This document shows positions 10,087-19,000 of a stretch of 64,000 nt of DNA, piece after piece. The notes under the pieces were generated by a model that was not told where the DNA came from, made no database searches, and was given only the letters and a program-made list of their open reading frames with translations. Source of the stretch: a virus (lineage: Duplodnaviria > Caudoviricetes); IMG/VR virus record IMGVR_UViG_3300012952_000022, positions 5,515 to 69,514 of that record; one strand, 5' to 3'. Position 1 is the stretch's first letter. Each line of letters begins with the position of its first letter. A program made the translations under genes and the position numbers.

Positions 10087-13000
10087 TGCCAAAGAATATT
10101 AGAATTGAAGAGCTTAATTTAACTCGCGATTTTTCGACAAGATCTGGACACGTCTATAAGTCAGCAGGATCCCTGGTCGGGTGGTATAAGTTTGAAGATG
10201 AAGCAGTTATAGATTCTGGTGAAACGCTAGTTTATGACTATGCAACAAATAATAACCATGGTGTTTACCATGGACTAGTTGGGTTTATTCGCTTTCCAAA
10301 CTTCAGGTTAGTTGGTGGTACAATTTCTGCAGGTGGGCTCCAGGCCAACGGTGAGGGATATGTTGAGTTACCTAACATAGGTACATATAATATTTCTTCT
10401 AGCTTTTCCGTTGCTCTTTGGTTCCAAGGGCATAAAATAGATGAAAAACAGACAATATTTTCTATTGACACTGATTCAGGGCTTAGTACTAGGATGCGGT
10501 TTGTTTTTGATGCCGCCGCCATGGAACTATATTGCAAAATTGAAAATCCTCTTGACACGACTTCAGAGATCGATTTATTTACATACATTGTAACGACGCC
10601 AGATCCGCTGCACATAGCACATACATATAATGCTATATCACAAGAGCACTCATTTTACGTTAATGATGTTAAGGTGGGCTCTGCAACCCAAGAATTTATA
10701 TTGGATAGTAGCGATAGTGTTTCCGCCGCGATTGATAATGAGCTAGAAGTATATAGTCAATGTGATGTTGGTTCATTAGCAATCTGGTCTGCATTCCTTT
10801 CAGAGAGTGAAGTTTTTGCTATCTATAATGGGTACTTAGGTGACAAAGGCATCTCAGGGTTTCTTAATCCTCCTGTAAGGGTTACTCAGCACGAAAATGA
10901 TTGTGCACCTTTGTCTTATCCAGCCATTGTTAGATCAGGTCCTGGGGGCATCTCAGGCAATGAGCAAAGTGTACCGTATGATGACTCAAAGACTATTGTG
11001 TTCGACTCTGCATATGCGAATGCATGGGTATATTTTCATGCCCGCCCAAAAGATGCTAGCACGATAACCCTGTTTGATCCTGCCGGAGGAATTGATTTAC
11101 TACCTGCAGTAGCTGAGCTGAATACCTCACTTGATGATATGATTGTTGAATCAAATGGTGAGTTATTTGAAGAACAAGTTTATGAAGTTGAAATCGTGCA
11201 ATCCGGAGCATATGGTGATCTTACCGAGGGGACAGGTTCCTGGCCTGATGAAGATGCACCAACAATATCGGGACAGTGGACAGGAATTGCAGAGCAAAAC
11301 CATGACTATAATGATTATGATTATCAATTAGTAATTACTGCATATGCAGGTGACGTAACGGCCGGCAGCGGCTCACCGGTAGAAGAGATAGATTCTGGTA
11401 ATGTAGGTCACTTTGAGGTTCAACTTAAGGTTGATTCTGGATCAGGATTTAGCGCGGACCCAGATTTTACTACATCTATTGATATTAGTATGTCTGAGTT
11501 TGGGGAGGAAGAATTCCTCTCAGATCACTTACTTGTTTCTGGCACACCCCCATCTGATAATCAGCGAGAGAAATTAGCTGGAATTAAGATTCTATGGCCC
11601 AACCCATTTAATGCTGATGGTGGAACAGAGTCCGACACTGCGGATGATGTAATACTATTTGATAATAATATTACTGCTGGAACTTCTATGGAATGGACCA
11701 TAGAACTTCCGAAGCCAGATAAGTTCAAGTGGCGCAAGGCTAATTTAGAAGACTACCGATATAGAAATAACTGGACAGACTGGTATGCGGGCCCAGATGA
11801 TGATGGAATATTCATCGGTACTGGAAATGCTAGAAGAAGCTATACGATTACAAATACCAGACATTCTAATATTGAGTCAGATGGATATGTTTATTCAGAG
11901 TTAATCGACTTAAGTCAGGTAGATACAATTACTGGAGAGCTCCCTACCGGATTTACGGTTCGGGCTTACGGTCGGGGTGATATATCTCATGCCGATAGCA
12001 ATGAAAAATATGATATTGAGTATCATTTCTTTACGTCTGAAGATGAAGCTTGGCCATCAACACCCTCGGCCCTCGGCACTATAAGCGAATTAAGAAATGC
12101 TCAACGAGGTGAATATGGGGGTACCGATTCAGGTTCATATGAATATTCTGAATTCTCGGCCGACGGCGGTGGCGCAGCCCCGGTCAGCGATGACTATGCT
12201 GGGAGATGGAATGGCCTTATGTCATATGCACCCTTTGCCGATGGTCATAAGTTTTCTGAAGATGAGTTAGATAACGTTCCTAAGAATGCTGATGGGACTC
12301 CCTTATATGAGTATATGCCGGATGATCCTCATATAGCACTACCCTCAGATCTCTTGACTGACCCAACCGGGTATACTCCGGCAGTGATTAACCCTACGAC
12401 CCAAAAGTATTTACAATTTAGGGTTGCTCCAGGCTCCGCGGTTTCTTGGGGCCAGTGCCAGGTTAAGCTAGTCGTACACTATACTGGGCCATTTTTATAT
12501 TTTGATGATATTGATAATGATGATGCTTCTGGTAACAATGTAAAACTTAAGTGGGATTCATTCTCTGGTCATAGTGTCGGTGACAAATGGACGGTTAATG
12601 TTGAAGATACTACTAGCGAGACGTTTGAGTTTAACAGAGGTAAAATAGTTAACCCTGTTAACACTGAAATTAGAGTACCTCGACGAACACGAAAAAGAAA
12701 AAGAATTCAGGTACCCTGGGCAAAAAATAGCCGCAGCAAAAAGTTGTTCCCCCACTTTAAGCGAAAAGGTAGAAAGAGGCGTCTCGAGTTAAAGCTCACC
12801 GATATCGAGCGTGACCAGCTAAATGGCGTATTCGCGAAAGCAATTAACGACTCAGGGCTACAAATTGAAGCTCATCATGATGGTGAGAAGGTATTGCTTA
12901 GGCAAACAATTCCAGGAAAGCTTGGAAATCTGGAAATTCATGCAGATAAAAAAGCTAAAGTATACATTTCAAACTCAGCGCTATTTACTCCAGGTGGAAA

Positions 13001-16000
13001 GGGTGAGGTTACAGGTTCATTTACCGGCGGTGATGGTTACTTGGTATCTTATCCTACAACTCTTCCCGCACCGGTACAAAAATCAATAGAAAATGTTCTG
13101 TATTGGGCAAACAAGCCGTCCGACCAATCAGCAGATAATGACTATAATATTATTTCAACTGCTAATTTTAATCTCTTATTAGACATTAGTGGTAAGAAGC
13201 TATATGCTAATGCCCTCAACCTAACAGAGATAGTAACATCATATAACTATACATCTACACTAACTGATAAGTGGGATCCTCCCGGGTGGGAAGACGATGG
13301 CTCCGGTGGGTGGATTAGAAGATCGTATTACAGCGATGTAGACTCTGACGGGAACGCCAACCCAGCTCAGGAAGAAGGAGATTATTGGGTTGATGATCAC
13401 CATAGTAATGATCCATGGTTCGGCCTAAACCAGACACAGTGTATCTTAAAGAGGTGGGACGGCTCATCCTGGCAAACTGAAGATGACTTTATGGGTGATG
13501 TTTCTGGTGCTGACTGGAAACCCCTAAGTGCTTCATTATTAAGTTGGGATGAAGGATCTTGGCGAGAGTATCACGGGTTTACATATCCAGCCTATGTTGA
13601 GTCACCCTGGCTTAATTCTAGAATTATGCAGCCCAGTTATCATGCAGATGATTATGATAGAGGCATAACTGATTGTGGATTAGTAGCTACTGGTTCAACA
13701 CGTCGTGGTGTAGCAGATGCCGGCTTAAGGTTTACAGAAGATCAATCTGTATTTGTCAAGGGCCCGTTTGTTGATGACCAAATTGACATTGATGTCGATA
13801 ACGACTTTTTTGAAGAAGGTATTTCCCCTGACATATATGAGGGTTTCTCTTCTCCACTTAGATCTAAGATGCAGTTTACTATTGAGATGCCGGCAGTTGA
13901 AGAAACTAGCTTTGGTATGACAGAACAATATGCAACTGACGTTACATACCATAATATGGTGTACTATAATTTTGCTGATAGAAAGTGGGATCCAGTAGGT
14001 CCAGGACTTGATATCCGGCCAGGTGATGAAGAGGAACATAAAAAGTTTTTTGAAGATGCATGTATAGGCTTCTCCAGGGGTGTAGAAATAATTCAGTCAG
14101 GTACGATGACTGCAGCACTACCAATTAGTAACTTTGGATTCCCTATGCATCCTAAGTTTGAAGCTTCAGCTGACAACCTGTTTCATATGAGCAACTATAT
14201 TAATAAGCCATTTATTCTTGAGAAATTTGTAGTTGAGTATGAAGCAGAGTGGACTGAAGGTACTGATTGGAAGCGCCGCTCTATTATGTATGATGTCGGT
14301 AAAGATGGAAAGATTAGCCGGGTTAATGACGATGATAAGTTTAACAATAAGGCTGCTATCAATAGTTTCTTTATCTTGAACCAACGTGACTGGGTAGGTA
14401 ATTATGAGTATAATACTATTGGAGAGCCAACCAAGTTTTGGTATCCTCCGAAGTATACACGAAATGTAACGCAGGGTGACGAAGATAATAAAAAGAATCG
14501 ATATATGTGGGATGGATCTAGCTATGACTATGATGAGTCAGAATCATTAGCAACCTGGTTTAGGTTCACCGGTGGTAGTTTTGCACCTGTTGCCTGGGCA
14601 GATGCTTTAAGTGAACCTGATGCGACGTTAATAACTAGCACCATCCCTCCGGCCCCTGTTACAGATGATTCACCATGGAAATTTCCTCCCGGTGCTCCGA
14701 CAGACGGCTATGAGCAGTCAATGGAGTTTTCTGCTAGTGATAACACCTATGCGTATAGTATATTACAAAATGTAGTAGGGCCCCAGATTATTACTGCATT
14801 CTCACCTGAAGACAGTGATGCCGACGGAATTCCTGACTACCAGGACGATGACGCCGCCGGGTCTGGCTACGTTGACGTTGACTATGGGACATGTGGGATC
14901 CCGCGTGGAACTGCCTCCACCACACTAACTACAGGAAAGTGGTACTATAATGGTTTAGGGCTGGCAACCGATACCGATGGCGATGGCACAATCGATGATC
15001 CTAGCGATCCAGAATTAGATGAGTCCGGTCTTTATACTCAAGACAACACTAAAACATTAGCAAATCTTGAAAATATAGTTCACTCAGTCGATTTATCGAC
15101 ATCCGGTCAACTTTTCGGTGGAGTAGACAACAGGCCAGGCTCTTGGACTTATGCTATATTAATATCAAATGAGCCAGATCCTTATTCTCCATCATCCGCT
15201 AAAAAAACTAAGGATGTTAGAGCGTACTATGCAGATGCTATATGTGAAGATGGCGAAGTTACAACGATAAAATACAAGTACATGCAAGGTGTACACCCAG
15301 ATTTTACAGACGATATGAATGAGCCTCCTGACTCAAATATGGAAGATCGTGACGGGTATTTTTCAGAAGCATTGAGATTCCAGATTGCCGTAGCATCTCA
15401 GTCACATCCAGAGCACTCTAGCCTAGAATGGATTGACATCAATGTACATGAACCAGACTATACAATGCAAGCCGTATGGCAAGAAGTATCTGTAACGATT
15501 GATCCGGAGGTTTATGGTGCCGAGTCAGATGGCTACTTTATACGATTTTTACAAGCAGGTACTTCCGGCTGGCCTGATGCATGGGTTATAACAGATGTTG
15601 AGGCTGGATCGTTTTCCAGCTTTTCTGCCAGCGTATGGTTTAAGGCAGCAACAACCGGATCTTGGGCAAACATTCTTACAATCGCAGAGAATGAAGGTGC
15701 ACCAAATAAGATCTGGCTTTCGCTAGATCGCAATGGGAAATTTAGGTTCCTTGTTGACTCCGGACAGAACAGGGTGTATACAAAGGCTAAGAGTTCTGAT
15801 AGTGTAGCCGATAACCAGTGGCATCATGCAGTATTTTCATTCTCTAGTGAAACATACGTTTTTAAGGTCTGGTTGGATGGCGAGCATATCGGCGAATATG
15901 AGATGCCCCAAGCAACCAATGATGACGGCGAGCTATTATGGAGGAGAGGATCTTCTACCGATGGTGATACAATGGATGATTGCGACATAAGTGTTGCTGA

Positions 16001-19000
16001 CGTCTTAAATGCTGGAATAACATCATTTGGAATTATTGAGTCATATTGGGGTGCATGGAACTCACAATCAATGGTCACCCCGGCCGGTTCATTCGAGTGG
16101 CATGATGGTACTGTTGATCCAACAGGTGGCACATCCTACTTGTCTGCTGCTGATTTAGAATTATATGCTGAAGGACTTTCCTACAATTACGTTGGCCTCG
16201 AGAAAATGAATATTGGTGGAATTGATGTCACCCTAACAGATGAAGAGTTTATGAGTGTACTTGGTTTTATACCAGCCCGCCCATGGTACTTCTCAGCTAA
16301 TGATGTAATTGCATTAGGGGCCGATGTTGATCAGAGCACAGACGTCGACGCAGCAAATTGGTCTTGGGATAATCATCTTACTGGAAAAATATCAGATTTT
16401 GCATTATGGTCCAAGGCGCTAGATGGTATTGATGCCAAGGCTATATACCACCTTGATAGTGGGTATTATAAGGTTGGTAAGGGTACTGATGTTGCTTTAT
16501 ATGGTGATAATCCCTTTGTCTTTGAATGTCCTTTAGAGAAGGATTTCGAGATTAGAGATGCTAGCGTGCTCTATCCATCCGTGGAGAACTATGATATATC
16601 TAGTAAGCTATTGGCTCGCTACCTTGTTGACCCTAATAACTTTAATAACCTACTAGTCTCTGGTCCTGTAAAAGAGCCAGCGTATATTGTTTCAAGCGCA
16701 ACATGGTGTGACGACGGCCCATGGAAATATTCTGATACTACTACTAGAGTACCTCTTCCTTTAAGATACGGCTTAGATTTCCCGGGTGCAGGATCAAATA
16801 GGTTTTATGTTAGGCTGCCTCGGGCAAACGACTATTTCCCTGATACCGTTGATGATGAAGCTTACCCAGAGTTTTCTTTCTTTACATGGATTAAGATGAG
16901 TGATATCGATTCGTCTGATCCTGTTATATTTTCAATCAATAAGTCTGGTGGAAAAAACCGATTGATATTCATGGTTGATACTGCTGATCCAATATACAAG
17001 AAAAATGCTAAACCCAAGGGCCTTCGCCTAGCACTCCATGTAGCTGCTGATGTAAGGGATGGATATGATCCTATGGCTGATAACTATCAGATCAATGGAT
17101 CAGGCACGCCGGACTTAGCCGGTACCAATTTAGGCACCGACAATACAGGCACTGGTGGTAATGACAATACAATAAAGACTAGAAATTGGTATCGAGTTTT
17201 AACGAATGATATCCGCGAGCCCAATGGGACCTATGACAATCGCATTAACGGCGAGCTTAATGATGATGAATGGCATCTTGTTGGCTTCACTCATACTACA
17301 GAGCGTAAATCAAGCGGTTGTGCAAGCGATGCTAGCGACCCAGTCTTAAGTCATTGGAAGATATATTTTGATGGTGAAATTCAAGATACTCATGTATACA
17401 CATACCACGCTGTTCCCGGAGCGGCAAACGATATTAAGTTAATTACTACATCGACATCGTATAATACGGCAGACCTTGACAAAATAGGATATGATCCAGA
17501 TATTTTTTCTGAGTCAGGCTGGCAATATACGGCAACAGACAGCAGCGGTGACTCATGGCAGCGCGTTCAACATAGCATGCATGGCTACATGCATACAAAT
17601 GGTGGCCACTCATTAATGCATGAGCCGCTATCATTTAATGAAAAAGACAGGGTATCATTAGGTCAAGAGTATGACCGAAAATGGAAACGAAAGTTTAAGA
17701 CATCTCGCCGCGGCGTAAGAAAATACAGAACATTCCGATATCGTCGAGCCTCACAGTTTTTTGAAGGTAAGATGGCAGATATAACACTGTGGGGTGAAAA
17801 GCTTGACGATGCAGATGTAAAACAAATTTATAATGCTCGCTATGGTACCTCCAACAGTGAGAAGTGGTTTAATGATGCTAGAGGCACTGCCCGGGACTTA
17901 GTAACATATGGACAATGGTCGATTTATGGTTCTGTTAATGAAGCACCTGCTGATATCAATGAAGTTTTAGAAGACGGATTATCACGAGAACTAGACACAT
18001 TAGCGACGTATAAATCAGAAATACTTGACTCCGGCGGCATTGGTACTGGAGAGTTTGAGTACCTTGAATTTGATGGTGATCCGAATACTATTGTCCATGT
18101 AACAGGCTCTTATGTAATGGAAGGTAAGATAAAACGCCCAGTTAAACACACGGGTGGATTATCATATAAGGTAGGAAAAACCGGTGGGATCAATGGTCAT
18201 AGGTCATTCTATCGCACTAGCCATAATGGTACCCGAACCGGCCAAGAAAATGATATAACCTCGGCGCGCTCATTATTTAATGCAGTACCTGGTTCTGATG
18301 TTATTGAGAAGTATTATGACTTCGGCCAAGAACGCCGGGGGTTTGACAGATCAGAACTTAATCTGTTTGAGGTTGAAAAACAAGACAGCCCATACATTTT
18401 ATTACCGAATGATCAATTAATTTTTGGTTGGCAATGTTCGGCCCCCTACGATTTTAAGCGTGCCACAAATGCAGGTTCTGGCCCTAATATGACTTTAGCA
18501 CCTGGTGCAACGTCAGATAACCCTGCCAGAATGAAGATTACCCTATTCGGATCATACATCCAGGATGGAAAAGAGAGACAAGGAGACTTGAATCAAAATC
18601 TAACTTCGGATGCAATTCATGAGGCATTACAATTTGAGACCCCTGTCCACGATAAGTTTCAGTTAGAAGATATTGGTTATAATGCTGGTGCATATACAGA
18701 TGATGTTATATCTGGCTCTATGTTTATTAATGAAAGGTACGGTCGCCGGCAGTGGACCCGCTCTGGAGGATATGGGTTTAATGTAGCCAGAAGGAAAATT
18801 GCTTCTGTAGCTGAGCACTCACAAGGGTCGAGAGGATCAATGCTCCGAGGTGTACGCCTGGTAGATGATAGAGAAAGATTCTTCGACACGATTGTCCCTT
18901 CCCCTGCTGACTATCACCAGCTTAATGGAAACGGCGTGCTTAAGTGGAGTAGTCCACTCTTTGGTGGTGGTGCTGAACAGGTATCACTTTGCTTTGGAGA

